Shown: positions 22,205-32,376 of the stretch, one piece after another | Numbering within the stretch: the first letter of the stretch is position 1 | Layout: every line of letters starts with the position of its first letter | Origin: Bacilli bacterium | GTDB lineage: Bacteria; Bacillota_I; Bacilli_A; RFN20; CAG-826 | NCBI GenBank assembly: GCA_024408495.1 | Contig: JAKSUY010000001.1 | Coordinates: 3,040 to 67,039, forward strand | DNA: 64,000 bases | Direction of reading: 5' to 3' | Program-made: the position numbers and the translations under genes | Notes under the pieces: generated by a model | Told to the model about the DNA's origin: nothing | The model's input: only the letters and a program-made list of their open reading frames with translations | The model's database searches: none

Positions 22205-23584
22205 TTAATATTTAATGCTACCTGGTGTACGTGGATAGGGTTGAACATCACGAATGTTGGCCATACCAGTAACATACATTAATAAACGATCGAAACCAAT
22301 GCCAAAGCCGGAATGTGGGCAACCGCCATATTTTCTTAAATCAAGGTACCATTCAAGCCCTTTAGTATTGCCAAGTTTATCCATTTTTTCTTTTAAGATA
22401 TCATAACGCTCTTCACGTTGAGATCCACCAACCAATTCACCGATTTGAGGTACTAGTAAGTCACAAGCCGCAACTGTTTTACCATCATCATTTAAGCGCA
22501 TATAGAATGCTTTAATATCTTTAGGATAGTTAATAATGAATACTGGGCCTTTCACTACTTGTTCAGTGATGTAGCGTTCATGTTCGGTTTGTAAATCCAT
22601 GCCCCATTTAATATTTTTGTTTTCAAATTTATGACCATCTTGGACCGCTTTCTCAAGAAGCTTAATTGCATCGGTATAGTCTAAACGCTTAAATTCGCTT
22701 TTTAAAACATGATTAAGTCTTTCAAGTAAAGTCTTGTCAATCATTGTATTGAAGAAATTCATCTCATCAGGACAATGTTTAATTACATAATCAATACAGA
22801 ATTTAAGCGATGCTTCAATGACATTCATATCATCTTCTAAATTCGCGAAGGCTAGTTCAGGTTCAACCATCCAGAATTCAGAAGCGTGCGTAGTAGTATG
22901 CGATTCTTCCGCTCTAAAAGTCGGGCCAAAGGTATAGACGTCTCTAAAAGCCATCGCAAATGTTTCAACGTGTAATTGACCAGAAACAGTTAAACAAACT
23001 GGTTTACCAAAGAATTTACTAGGATCTTTACCCACTGTCACATTGAAGGTTTCGCCAGCTCCTTCTGCATCGTTGCTTGTAATAATTGGAGTATGCACCC
23101 ACATAAATCCGTTATCTTGGAAATAGGTATGAATCGCCATCGCTAACGCATTACGTACACGATTAACCGCATTGAAGGTATTCGCTTTAGGACGAATATG
23201 AGCAATATCTCTTAAAAATTCAAAAGTATGTCTTTTCTTTTGTAGGGGATAATCTTCTGGACACGAGCCAATAGAATTAATTTCTTTTGCACTAATTTCA
23301 AATGGCTGTTTAGCATTTGGCGTCAAAAGAAAATCACCAACAACTGAAATCGCTTCTCCCGTTGCGAGTTTGCTTAATTTATCAAAATCCTTAACCTTGG
23401 TTTTGTCATAGACGATTTGGATATTTTTAAAGGTTGTGCCGTCGTTAAATTCAATAAAACCGATTGAACCATTATTGCGGTTAGTCCTAATCCAACCTTC
23501 AACACATAGTTCGGTGTTGTCAAAATCATTACTTTTTTTGCTATAAACAATTGCGAATAATTCGCGAGCTAGAAATTTATCCAT
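22205..23584 (-). CDS. asnS: asparagine--tRNA ligase
   Basis: Class IIb synthetase with an OB-fold N-terminus. Motifs are FRAEESHTTTHASEFWM and GGCPHSGFGIGFDRL. The ATG at 23584 is preferred over the GTG at 23590. Confidence 0.93.
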   Translation of the reverse strand: MDKFLARELFAIVYSKKSNDFDNTELCVEGWIRTNRNNGSIGFIEFNDGTTFKNIQIVYDKTKVKDFDKLSKLATGEAISVVGDFLLTPNAKQPFEISAKEINSIGSCPEDYPLQKKRHTFEFLRDIAHIRPKANTFNAVNRVRNALAMAIHTYFQDNGFMWVHTPIITSNDAEGAGETFNVTVGKDPSKFFGKPVCLTVSGQLHVETFAMAFRDVYTFGPTFRAEESHTTTHASEFWMVEPELAFANLEDDMNVIEASLKFCIDYVIKHCPDEMNFFNTMIDKTLLERLNHVLKSEFKRLDYTDAIKLLEKAVQDGHKFENKNIKWGMDLQTEHERYITEQVVKGPVFIINYPKDIKAFYMRLNDDGKTVAACDLLVPQIGELVGGSQREERYDILKEKMDKLGNTKGLEWYLDLRKYGGCPHSGFGIGFDRLLMYVTGMANIRDVQPYPRTPGSIKY

Positions 23585-23598
23585 ATGCACAAATTATA

Positions 23599-24717
23599 CT
23601 ATTTATTTAAGATTTCGTTAATTAATGTATAAAACGAGTCAGCGAATTGTTTATACGAGAATAACTCTTTCGCGCGTGCTCTGCCATTCTCTCCATAGTT
23701 TTTACGGAGTTGTGGATCATTCTTCAATTTCTCAATTGCTTTTCTAAGTTCAATCACGCTGCGGTTATCGCATTCAATACCCGTAATATTATTAGGCGAA
23801 ACATAATTCACTCCGCTTCCAGGGATATTAAAGGTAATACACGGTTTACCTAACGCGATAGCTTCAAGTAGAGTGACCCCGAAAGATTCGTTTTTAGTTA
23901 TACTTGGGAAAATAAAGATATCTGCGGCATGTAAATAAATGCGGTATTGCGAACGATCAAGCAACCCTAACGATTCCGCGTTTTTAAAATAAGATATCTG
24001 TTGATCCATCATGCGATGACGAGGACCGACTCGACCGACTAAAAAAATCACGTCATCAAACGGGCGAGCAGCCCATAGCGCATAGCGAACGCCTTTGAAT
24101 CGTGCATGGCGACCAGAATAAAAAAGAATGGTCTTGTTTTTATATTTTTCTTTAATGCGATTAACTTCAATCGTTTCCTCATCAGTTAAAGCCAAATCTT
24201 CTTCTTTATAGCAAAGAGGAATCACGCGGCATTTATCTTTAAACTTTTTGAGTTCTTTACTTCCATCAATATATTTTTCGCTTGAACATACAATTACATC
24301 TGCTCGTTTATTAGTGTGGCGCGTAATTGGACGCACAAAATATTTTAAAATCTTTTGACGGTAGATATCTAGATGGTGATAAACAATGATCTTACCCGTA
24401 TAATGACAACTATTTAAATAATGCTCCACTAATGGATTAGGAGTATGAATAATAATTACATCTGGATTAAATTCCTTTATGACCTTCTTTAAAACACGAC
24501 GATATTTAAAAGAAATTGCTTGAGAAGCAATCTTAATAGTATAAGGTAAACGAATGACTGGAATATCTGCAACGATATTAGGTCCATCGCCAAAGCATAT
24601 TACTTTTTGTTCGTAATTATTAGCAAGCTTTAAAGTCTCCACAATGCTTTGTGCAGTAGTCTCAATCCCGCCCACGTGTGGATGATAATAATTCGAAATA
24701 TGTAATATCCTTTTCAT
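23599..24717 (-). CDS. GT4-family glycosyltransferase
   Basis: N-terminus ILHISNYYHPHVGGIE and an E-x7-E-like region (ESFGVTLLEAIALGKP). The start is placed at MKRIL (24717). The ORF-track start at 24744 would overlap tsaD. Confidence 0.75.
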   Translation of the reverse strand: MKRILHISNYYHPHVGGIETTAQSIVETLKLANNYEQKVICFGDGPNIVADIPVIRLPYTIKIASQAISFKYRRVLKKVIKEFNPDVIIIHTPNPLVEHYLNSCHYTGKIIVYHHLDIYRQKILKYFVRPITRHTNKRADVIVCSSEKYIDGSKELKKFKDKCRVIPLCYKEEDLALTDEETIEVNRIKEKYKNKTILFYSGRHARFKGVRYALWAARPFDDVIFLVGRVGPRHRMMDQQISYFKNAESLGLLDRSQYRIYLHAADIFIFPSITKNESFGVTLLEAIALGKPCITFNIPGSGVNYVSPNNITGIECDNRSVIELRKAIEKLKNDPQLRKNYGENGRARAKELFSYKQFADSFYTLINEILNK

Positions 24718-24721
24718 ACAA

Positions 24722-25732
24722 TTAAAATACTCTATATTTATCAATTTTCCAATTAGGATCTACGCCTAAATCTAATTTAGCGAATAATTTTTCCTTATAT
24801 AAATGTTCACCAATCTTAGCTATCATAGCAGCGTTGTCAGTAGTGCACCAAATCGGTGGCAATACTAAATCAATGCCGCTATTTTTAAGTTTACGAATTA
24901 CTTCGCTACGTAAATATGAATTAGCCGACACGCCTCCGGCTAATACGATTTGTTTAACATTATAATCTTTTGCGGCTTTAATGGTTTTCTCCACTACCAT
25001 ATCTACTGCGGTATCTTCAAAAGAACGACACATATCATTAATATTGATTTTGTGTTTTTTCATTTTTTCTTGATTCACGATGTTAATCACAGATGTCTTT
25101 AATCCCGAATAAGAAAAATCATAACCCTTACCATGTAGAGGGGTTGGAAGTTTATAAGTGTGTTTCCCTAATTTAGCGTGTTGATCAATTGGCAGACCGC
25201 CAGGATAAGGTAAGCCTAAAGTACGAGCGACTTTATCAAAGCATTCACCAATCGCATCATCTTTAGTTTCTCCAATAATCTTAAAGTCTAAATGTTTCTC
25301 CATATAAACTAGTTCAGTATTACCACCGCTAACTACTAGTGAAAGAAGCGGATATTTAAACCTAGCAACAAATTCGCCTGCATAAATATGACCCGCTAAA
25401 TGATGAACGGGAATTAAGGGGATATTATAAATTAAAGATAAAGTTTTAGCAGCTTGTAATCCAACATGAAGCGCACCAATTAAACCCGGACCACGAGTAA
25501 CCGCAATCGCATCAACATCGTCTAAATTAATTTTTGCTTCCTTAAGAGCTTCATTTAAAACAATTACAATATTTTCGTTATGAAGACGTGAAGCAATTTC
25601 TGGCATAACTCCTCCATATTTACGGTGCATAGCAATTTGGGTTGCTACGGCGTTACTTAAAAGTTTGCCGTTTCTAATGATTGCGACACTAGTTTCATCG
25701 CAGCTACTTTCAATTGCTAAAATCGTTGCCAT
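24722..25732 (-). CDS. tsaD: tRNA N6-threonylcarbamoyladenosine (t6A) synthesis protein TsaD
   Basis: N-terminus ILAIESSCDETSVAI, 336 aa, in tsaEB-rimI-tsaD order. Confidence 0.95.
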   Translation of the reverse strand: MATILAIESSCDETSVAIIRNGKLLSNAVATQIAMHRKYGGVMPEIASRLHNENIVIVLNEALKEAKINLDDVDAIAVTRGPGLIGALHVGLQAAKTLSLIYNIPLIPVHHLAGHIYAGEFVARFKYPLLSLVVSGGNTELVYMEKHLDFKIIGETKDDAIGECFDKVARTLGLPYPGGLPIDQHAKLGKHTYKLPTPLHGKGYDFSYSGLKTSVINIVNQEKMKKHKININDMCRSFEDTAVDMVVEKTIKAAKDYNVKQIVLAGGVSANSYLRSEVIRKLKNSGIDLVLPPIWCTTDNAAMIAKIGEHLYKEKLFAKLDLGVDPNWKIDKYRVF

Positions 25733-26178
25733 TAGAGTAACACCTTCATCATATATATTGCATCATCGCCATTATCATAATATTTCTTTTTAATCGTTAC
25801 ATCTTTAAAACCGCTCTTCAAGTAAAGTTGGTGAGCAATCTTATTAGAACTTCTAACCTCTAACGTAACGTTTTCAATTTCGCCATATTTCTTAGTTAAG
25901 CGTTTAACCATTTCATTAATTAATTTGGTTGCTACTCCGTGTTTACGGTTAAATGGACGAGTAGCAATTTGAACAATTGTTGCGCTATTAAAAGTAACCA
26001 TATAAATTAGAAATCCAATAATTTCTTCTATATCATCAGTCATTACTAAAATAGTAGAAAATGGATTTTCGTTTAATTCATAAAGCATTTGTTCTTTAGA
26101 ATAATGTCCATCTTTAAAAGAAGCATCTTCAATCATCATCACCTGTGCTAAATCAAAGCGCCTCATTTCACGAATCAT
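25732..26178 (-). CDS. rimI: ribosomal-protein-alanine N-acetyltransferase (GNAT)
   Basis: 148-aa GNAT protein (RKHGVATKLI) located between tsaB and tsaD. Confidence 0.8.
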   Translation of the reverse strand: MIREMRRFDLAQVMMIEDASFKDGHYSKEQMLYELNENPFSTILVMTDDIEEIIGFLIYMVTFNSATIVQIATRPFNRKHGVATKLINEMVKRLTKKYGEIENVTLEVRSSNKIAHQLYLKSGFKDVTIKKKYYDNGDDAIYMMKVLL

Positions 26179-26768
26179 TAATAAGACTCCTTTAGGTAAA
26201 TCGGTTTCACTAAATTCGGATTCTTAACTGGTTTAACCTTCTTCATTAAAATTAGCATGTTATTTAATACATCAACTTTTTTACCTTTTAAATTTAAATA
26301 AGATAAATCACCCACTAAAACAAATTTAGGATGATCTTTAATATATTTAAGAACATCGTTATTGTTCATGGCTTGGTCTTTTAGCAAACGTTTAGCTTTA
26401 GAGAATGCAGCGATATAACTTCTATTGCTACGCGCGTTAAATAGAACAATGGAGTCTTTACCAATTACTTTATTAATCTCAAGTGTGGATAAAGGATAAA
26501 GGGGGATATTAAGCGCAAAGCTCATAACCTTAGCAATCGTTAAGGCGATTCTAATACCAGTATATGAACCTGGTCCAATAGAGGAAACGATTCCATCAAG
26601 CTTCTTTGGATTTATATGATTACGCTTTAATAATTGAGCAATCTCAGACACCATGTATTCACTTTGTCTTTGAAAACATGGATAAGAAATCTTATCTATT
26701 AATCGGCTGTTCTTTGCAAGCCCCACGGATAAATAAGTATTGGAGCTATCTAATAATAAATAATTCAT
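26178..26768 (-). CDS. tsaB: tRNA t6A synthesis protein TsaB
   Basis: N-terminus LLLDSSNTYLSVGL and motif GPGSYTGIRIALT. Confidence 0.88.
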   Translation of the reverse strand: MNYLLLDSSNTYLSVGLAKNSRLIDKISYPCFQRQSEYMVSEIAQLLKRNHINPKKLDGIVSSIGPGSYTGIRIALTIAKVMSFALNIPLYPLSTLEINKVIGKDSIVLFNARSNRSYIAAFSKAKRLLKDQAMNNNDVLKYIKDHPKFVLVGDLSYLNLKGKKVDVLNNMLILMKKVKPVKNPNLVKPIYLKESY

Positions 26769-27220
26769 TTTAGAATGCTCCTAACGATACTCTCATAATA
26801 CTTATTAGGAGCAATCAAAGTAATTTCTCTTTTATTTGCACCTTTATTAATAATCTTAATTTCTAGATGTTTAACGCTTAATAATTCTTTGATGTAGATG
26901 GGCCATTCAATAACAGCAATTCCGTTTCCTTCAATATATTCTTCTAGCCCGATATCTTTGTTAGCCTCTTCTAAACGATAAGCATCGATATGATAAAGCG
27001 GAACTTTTGCTTTGAAATAGCATTTAAGAATATTAAAGGTTGGAGATATGATTTCTTCTTTAATCTTTAATGATCTAGCGATGCCAGAAACTAAAGTAGT
27101 TTTACCTGCGCCTAAATCACCAGTGAGAGTTACAATGTCACCTTTTTTTAAACAATTTCCTAGTTTTTCACCTAGTCTAATTGTTTCGTCTCTTTTTTTA
27201 CTACTAAAGACAAACTTCAT
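26765..27220 (-). CDS. tsaE: tRNA t6A synthesis ATPase TsaE
   Basis: GDLGAGKTT P-loop and SPTFNI motif. Confidence 0.9.
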   Translation of the reverse strand: MKFVFSSKKRDETIRLGEKLGNCLKKGDIVTLTGDLGAGKTTLVSGIARSLKIKEEIISPTFNILKCYFKAKVPLYHIDAYRLEEANKDIGLEEYIEGNGIAVIEWPIYIKELLSVKHLEIKIINKGANKREITLIAPNKYYESIVRSILK

Positions 27221-27267
27221 CGGGAAAAGTATAACTTAAAAGAGGTAATAATGCTATAATTAGCATT

Positions 27268-28161
27268 ATGAAAAATATTGGAATTATTGGTGCAGGTCCA
27301 GTTGGATTATATTTTGCTAGCTTATTAGAAAAAGAAAAAATCCCTTATGTCATTATCGAAGCAACTGATCAAATTGGCGGTCAAATTTTTAATCTATATC
27401 CACATAAAAAATTTGAAGACGTAGTAGGCTATGAGGGCAAAGAAGCGATTACTTTTGTTGAAGATTTAAAGAGTAAAGTTAATCTTTCTAATATTAAATT
27501 TAATGAAAAAGTTATAGACATTGTTGAAGGAGGAAAACCCACGCTTATCACCAACAAGAATAAATATGAATTTGATTATGTGGTGATTACAGTCGGACTA
27601 GGAATGTATACTCCTCGTACGATGGGTTTAGAAGGTGAAGAAGGCTGTAAGAATATTCTTTACGCTTTAAATAATTTTGATTTCTTATACGGAAAAAGAG
27701 TAGCGATTTTTGGTGGAGGAGATTCTGCTCTTGATTGGTCAAAGGAATTATCACTACATTCAGATAACGTTCATTTAATTCATCGTCGTACTGAATTTAG
27801 AGGCAATCCAGAAACGATTAAAAATTCTAAAAATTTACACGTTCACCTTCCTTACGTTCCGTTTAAATTAACTAGAAGCGGTGATACATGTACATCCATT
27901 ACAATTAAGAACGCACAAGGTGAAGATACTGTTGATATCCCAGTTGATTATGTAGTGGTTAACTTTGGTAGTGTTCCAGTTAACACACCATTTAAATATG
28001 AGCATTTAGGTAATTTCCTTAAGGTTAATGAAAAATACGCGGTCAGTCCCCGCGTTTTTGCGATTGGTGATTGCGCTTCTTATGAAGGTAAAGCTCGTCG
28101 TATTGAACCTGGTAAGAAAGAGGCTAATGCGGTTCTTTCTTATCTTTTAACTCTTGCTTAG
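27268..28161 (+). CDS. thioredoxin-reductase-like ferredoxin--NADP+ reductase (YumC type)
   Basis: IIGAGPVGLY FAD-binding motif, GGQI..LYPHKK, and GGGDSALDW NAD(P)-binding motif. Confidence 0.7.
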   Translation: MKNIGIIGAGPVGLYFASLLEKEKIPYVIIEATDQIGGQIFNLYPHKKFEDVVGYEGKEAITFVEDLKSKVNLSNIKFNEKVIDIVEGGKPTLITNKNKYEFDYVVITVGLGMYTPRTMGLEGEEGCKNILYALNNFDFLYGKRVAIFGGGDSALDWSKELSLHSDNVHLIHRRTEFRGNPETIKNSKNLHVHLPYVPFKLTRSGDTCTSITIKNAQGEDTVDIPVDYVVVNFGSVPVNTPFKYEHLGNFLKVNEKYAVSPRVFAIGDCASYEGKARRIEPGKKEANAVLSYLLTLA

Positions 28162-28681
28162 AAACAAAGTCTTCGTAATCCTTTATATACTTTTTAATAG
28201 TTTCTTCATTAAACGGTTCTTCTTTGTTTGCAACCTTTTTGTTCATCTTATCTAAAACATGCTTTAATACTTTCTGTAATTCTTCCGAATAATGATATTG
28301 ATCGCAATGCGTTTTAAATTCATTTACATCTAACACTTTAGTGTATCCATCAGGAAACACTTTTAAATCAAGATCGTAATCAATAAATTTAATAAAACCT
28401 TTTTCGATGATAGTTGGGGACGCTACGTTAATATAAAAGCGAATTCCATTATCGGCAACCGTTGCGATTGTATTAAACCATTCTTTTTTAGAGAAAATAA
28501 ATACGCCTAAATCCTTGGTATGCCACACGTGATTATTTGATTCAATAACTCTAACACGAGTTGCGACTTCAACAATGTAATCTTCATCATCCCTTACGAC
28601 TAGTCCATGACTCCATAGACGATGAAAAGAACCATCATGCTTATAAGCTTGAATTTGTAAGAAACGGTGATAATAAGACAT
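28124..28681 (-). CDS. DUF402 / Ntdp-like nucleoside di- and triphosphatase
   Basis: 185 aa. The pattern QAYKHDGSFHRLW ... IDYDLDLKVFPDG is typical of the DUF402 family. Confidence 0.6.
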   Translation of the reverse strand: MSYYHRFLQIQAYKHDGSFHRLWSHGLVVRDDEDYIVEVATRVRVIESNNHVWHTKDLGVFIFSKKEWFNTIATVADNGIRFYINVASPTIIEKGFIKFIDYDLDLKVFPDGYTKVLDVNEFKTHCDQYHYSEELQKVLKHVLDKMNKKVANKEEPFNEETIKKYIKDYEDFVSKQELKDKKEPH

Positions 28682-28682
28682 A

Positions 28683-29711
28683 TTATTTATTTAAATTAGA
28701 AATGATTTCAGCAATAATTTGCATATCTTTTTTAAATTTATAAACTGGTAATGGATTAAATTTATCTTGTAGCGGTAACACCATTAGGCAATCATCATAG
28801 CCTAAACAGAAATAGGTTTTGCCTTTCGTGATTGAAATCGAAACATCCACTAATACGTTATTAGTAATCAATTCGCTAATTAGCTGTCTAGCTTTGGCGT
28901 TCACTACTGATTCATATTTATTGTTCTCAGTATAAATAACCATTTTTCTAGTGTTAACTGCTTTAGTTAAATGATCAACATTATTAGGAGGCAATGCTCT
29001 ACTATTGCCAGTTAAATAAATAACAATCTGTTGATCACCTGTATAGGTATTAGGGGCAATTAGGTATTTACCAATAAAAAGGGGTTCTAATTTTTTTAAA
29101 GTAGTCATTTGCGCGGCGCAATCGCACATTTTGCATTCTACATCGCCGACTTTAAAATTAACAACATTACGACTACCAATTGTAGAAACGTTTTTATAAA
29201 GCAGGCTACTATTAAATTCATTGTTTTCAATTTTGCCTTCAATATCACCATTTACATCTTTAAAGCATGGTTGCCCAAAGACATAAGCGTTTATATCGCC
29301 ATAATAACGTTTAAGATAAACATTCATTCTCTTGTTATTAAATCTTTTAGCGAGTATATAGTAAGAGACAATAATTAAAATTGAGACCCCAAGTAAACAA
29401 TAACCAGTAATTACAAGTGGTTGGTTATCCTTTTGTTGTATCAAATAAACAAATGCAAATATTAATAAGCCAATAGAAATAGCTGCGACAATCCACTTAA
29501 CAATATTTTCTTTTTTGACAACTTTATAAAAGTTTAGACGGCCAGTCTCAATATCTTGAAGCTTATCATCTTCGTATTTAAATTCGGCTTTTAAATCAAT
29601 ATCATTAGGATTAATTGCTTCTTTAGCTTTAACTTCTTCTTTTTCTAATGCTTGACCTTTTTCGTCAATAGCATTTTCGTTTGTATTTTTAGTTTCCTGT
29701 TGTTTAAACAT
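28683..29711 (-). CDS. two-TM membrane protein with a conserved-looking C-terminal domain, unknown function
   Basis: The start is placed at MFKQQ (29711), which has a GAGGAAA SD. The N-terminus is acidic and lysine-rich, followed by 2 TM helices and a C-terminal domain of about 210 aa. Confidence 0.55.
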   Translation of the reverse strand: MFKQQETKNTNENAIDEKGQALEKEEVKAKEAINPNDIDLKAEFKYEDDKLQDIETGRLNFYKVVKKENIVKWIVAAISIGLLIFAFVYLIQQKDNQPLVITGYCLLGVSILIIVSYYILAKRFNNKRMNVYLKRYYGDINAYVFGQPCFKDVNGDIEGKIENNEFNSSLLYKNVSTIGSRNVVNFKVGDVECKMCDCAAQMTTLKKLEPLFIGKYLIAPNTYTGDQQIVIYLTGNSRALPPNNVDHLTKAVNTRKMVIYTENNKYESVVNAKARQLISELITNNVLVDVSISITKGKTYFCLGYDDCLMVLPLQDKFNPLPVYKFKKDMQIIAEIISNLNK

Positions 29712-29757
29712 GCTTTCGTTTCCTCTATGCCTTTTAATTTTACAATAATCTAAAGAT

Positions 29758-30300
29758 TTATTGTATTTCTTTTGTATCAGGATAACGCTTAGTAACAATT
29801 TGTAGCGGTTTAAATAAAAGTAAAAGAATCGCTAGAGTAACCGCCCCAGTGATTGAAACATAAGTAGCGTTATAGATAAATGATGCTAAGAAAGTATATT
29901 CGTATAACCATACTCCATCAATGGTGGCAAATAATATTCTTAGTAAAGTAGCAAGCACTACACTAATAATTAAATAAATAAAACCATATTTCTTTTCAAA
30001 AGTTGGTTTACGTACAAAGCTAATCAAAGTTAAAGCACCACAACTTAACATATAATCTAATGGATAAGTTTGGAAACCGTATCCATCCATGAGGCACGCA
30101 AATAAACCATAGATAAGCGCAGTTGCGATTAAAGTTTTCCACCACGATTTTCTTAAGGCAATAATACATAAGGGAACCATAGTAAATGAAATCGAACCAC
30201 CATTAGACATGATATGAATAGAAAAAATCGGAAGGTTAAGGACTAATGCTAATCCTACAAATATTCCGATTTCTGCTATATCTCTAATTGTATATTTCAT
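29758..30300 (-). CDS. thiT: ThiT-like thiamine ECF S component
   Basis: A six-TM small membrane protein directly behind a TPP riboswitch. The start is placed at MKYTIRD (30300), which has a GGAGGG SD. Confidence 0.7.
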   Translation of the reverse strand: MKYTIRDIAEIGIFVGLALVLNLPIFSIHIMSNGGSISFTMVPLCIIALRKSWWKTLIATALIYGLFACLMDGYGFQTYPLDYMLSCGALTLISFVRKPTFEKKYGFIYLIISVVLATLLRILFATIDGVWLYEYTFLASFIYNATYVSITGAVTLAILLLLFKPLQIVTKRYPDTKEIQ

Positions 30301-30380
30301 TTTTCCCTCCGCTAGCATTACCTAGATCAGGTGTGGTCGGCTATTCGCCCTCTCAGCCCCATAGAGCTCCCAAAACTATT
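30301..30380 (-). promoter_or_regulatory. TPP (THI-box) riboswitch
   Basis: The minus strand reads GGGAGCTCTATGGGGCTGAGAGGGCGAATAGCCGACCACACCTGATCTAGGTAATGCTAGCGGAGGGAAAA. It contains the CUGAGA motif and the ACCUGAUCUrGnUAAUnCyAGCG motif. The 3' strand includes the SD. Confidence 0.85.
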
Positions 30381-30413
30381 ATATATAAACGTTTAGCTAA
30401 ACAAAAATAAATA

Positions 30414-31943
30414 TTATGAGTTAATATTAGCGTTTCGTATTATTTTCATACTACCGCTGCGCTTGAAATCTTCTTTTAGGACAATCACTTTATTAATCCG
30501 CATATGTTGAGGCATATTAATATTTAATTTTTCGACAACGCTCTGTATAGCTTTATTAGCATCCTCGTATCCCATTTTCTTTAAAACGCTATAATTTGGA
30601 TAAATCTTAGCTGCAATAATTCCATACCCTTGATTGTCTTTATCTTCGTAAATTAAAGATGAATGCACTAATGGAATATTATCTAAAGCATTTTCAATAA
30701 TTTCTGGAGAAACATTTTCGCCATTATCTAGAACAATAATATTTTTGCTTCTTCCTGTTATATATAAAAAACCATCTTCATCAAAATGACCTAAATCACC
30801 AGTTTTTAAATACCCATCTTCACTCATAACGTGATTGGTTTCAATTGGATCTTTATAATAACCGCTAAATAAATTGTCGCCTTTTACCCATATCTCGCCA
30901 TCTACAATTTTAACTTCTTGCTCAAGATAAACTTTACCTACAGAATCTGGTTTATTTTTGTAATCAATTGAACCGGATACCAGATTTGCGGTTTCAGTTA
31001 AACCATAACCTGGACAGCATTTAATTCCAACCGATAACAATCTCTTAATCGTATCAGGAGTAACATACGCTCCACCGCAAATAATGTATTCAAGACGACC
31101 ACCGACAGCATCTTTCCCGCCCTTTGCAACCATTGCATAAAGTAAATTAGCTAAAGCAGGTACTAACACTAAAATATTTGGCTTAGCAATGCTGATTTCT
31201 TTAATAAAGTTCATTGTTTCTTTAATTAAATAGATTTCACTTCCGGTATTAATTGATGTTAGTAAATTACGTACTAAACCAAAAACATGGAAAAACGGAA
31301 TTATTGCCATATATGTATTAAAAAACACTTGGCCTTCAACAAAACAACCATTATAAGCACCACGAAGTAACGCAAGATGAGATAATACCGCACCTTTTGG
31401 AGTTCCAGTTGTTCCTCCGGTAAACATAATCACCGCCGGATCAGTAGGTTTAATATCATTATCAAACGGAACACAATCTTTTAAATCGTTTAATTCTTTA
31501 TAAGATATATAAATGACATTCGCTGTTATATCTTTTAATGCAACAACATTCGATTCCGCTTCTTCACCATAAATAATTGCGCTTATATTGAATTTCTTAA
31601 TATTACCAAGTAAGGCCTGAGTAGGTAATATAGGCGGTACAATAACTGCAACTGCTCCAAGAGTTGTAACCGCAAAAAAAGATTTAATGAAGTTATAATC
31701 ATTTTTAAATATCACTGCAACATTATCACCTTTCTTTATTCCAGCATCTAAAAGCACCTTTCTAGTCTTACCAACATCAAGAAAAAGTTCATGATAAGTC
31801 TTTTTACTATCTTTCCACGAAATCGCTGTGCGTTGATTAAACTCTTTATCAGCGTAGGCTAATAAATCTTGCATCCGAGTAAATCTTTTAATTTTAGTAT
31901 AGTCGTCACCGACCATTTGTTTCCAATAATTAATTGTTTCCAT
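30414..31943 (-). CDS. AMP-dependent acyl-CoA / acyl-ACP synthetase (FadD/AasS-like)
   Basis: Motifs FTGGTTGTPKG, GYGLTE and TGDLGHFDEDGFLYITGRSK, 509 aa. Confidence 0.8.
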   Translation of the reverse strand: METINYWKQMVGDDYTKIKRFTRMQDLLAYADKEFNQRTAISWKDSKKTYHELFLDVGKTRKVLLDAGIKKGDNVAVIFKNDYNFIKSFFAVTTLGAVAVIVPPILPTQALLGNIKKFNISAIIYGEEAESNVVALKDITANVIYISYKELNDLKDCVPFDNDIKPTDPAVIMFTGGTTGTPKGAVLSHLALLRGAYNGCFVEGQVFFNTYMAIIPFFHVFGLVRNLLTSINTGSEIYLIKETMNFIKEISIAKPNILVLVPALANLLYAMVAKGGKDAVGGRLEYIICGGAYVTPDTIKRLLSVGIKCCPGYGLTETANLVSGSIDYKNKPDSVGKVYLEQEVKIVDGEIWVKGDNLFSGYYKDPIETNHVMSEDGYLKTGDLGHFDEDGFLYITGRSKNIIVLDNGENVSPEIIENALDNIPLVHSSLIYEDKDNQGYGIIAAKIYPNYSVLKKMGYEDANKAIQSVVEKLNINMPQHMRINKVIVLKEDFKRSGSMKIIRNANINS

Positions 31944-31999
31944 GGAATTTTAAACGTTAGTATTATAGCATAAATAATTTATGTTAAATTATTCGGCAA

Positions 32000-32030
32000 T
32001 AAAAAAGCCATCACATTTGATGGCTTTTGC
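32000..32030 (-). terminator. rho-independent terminator ending the acyl/lipid operon
   Basis: On the minus strand: AAGCCATCA-AATG-TGATGGCTT followed by TTTTT. The stem is 32005-32013 paired with 32018-32026. Confidence 0.7.
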
Positions 32031-32040
32031 TTTATTAAAT

Positions 32041-32376
32041 TTATTTCTTTAAACCAAGCTTCTTTCTAGCTTTATTTTTCTTAACAATGGTAATGATCAT
32101 AAGTGGAACGCCTGGGCCTAAAAGACCTGTAGCAACCGCAAAACACACAAACGCAGAACATAAATAAGTCCAAGATAGAACTAGTACCTTTTCGGGAATT
32201 TGTATTGATTCAGGGAATTCAGCAATTTGTGCTATACCAATAGTGTATAAAATAACCGCTACTGAAAGAACAACTGCGCCGGCAATTGACATTATTAAAA
32301 ATGGTTTCCATGATTTAGATGCCCATTTTTTGTACTTTTTATTTTCGGCAGATTTTTTAGTTACTTTTTTTGCCAT
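32041..32376 (-). CDS. small lysine-rich membrane protein (2-3 TM helices)
   Basis: 111 aa. It overlaps the upstream transporter gene by 16 nt. Confidence 0.55.
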   Translation of the reverse strand: MAKKVTKKSAENKKYKKWASKSWKPFLIMSIAGAVVLSVAVILYTIGIAQIAEFPESIQIPEKVLVLSWTYLCSAFVCFAVATGLLGPGVPLMIITIVKKNKARKKLGLKK

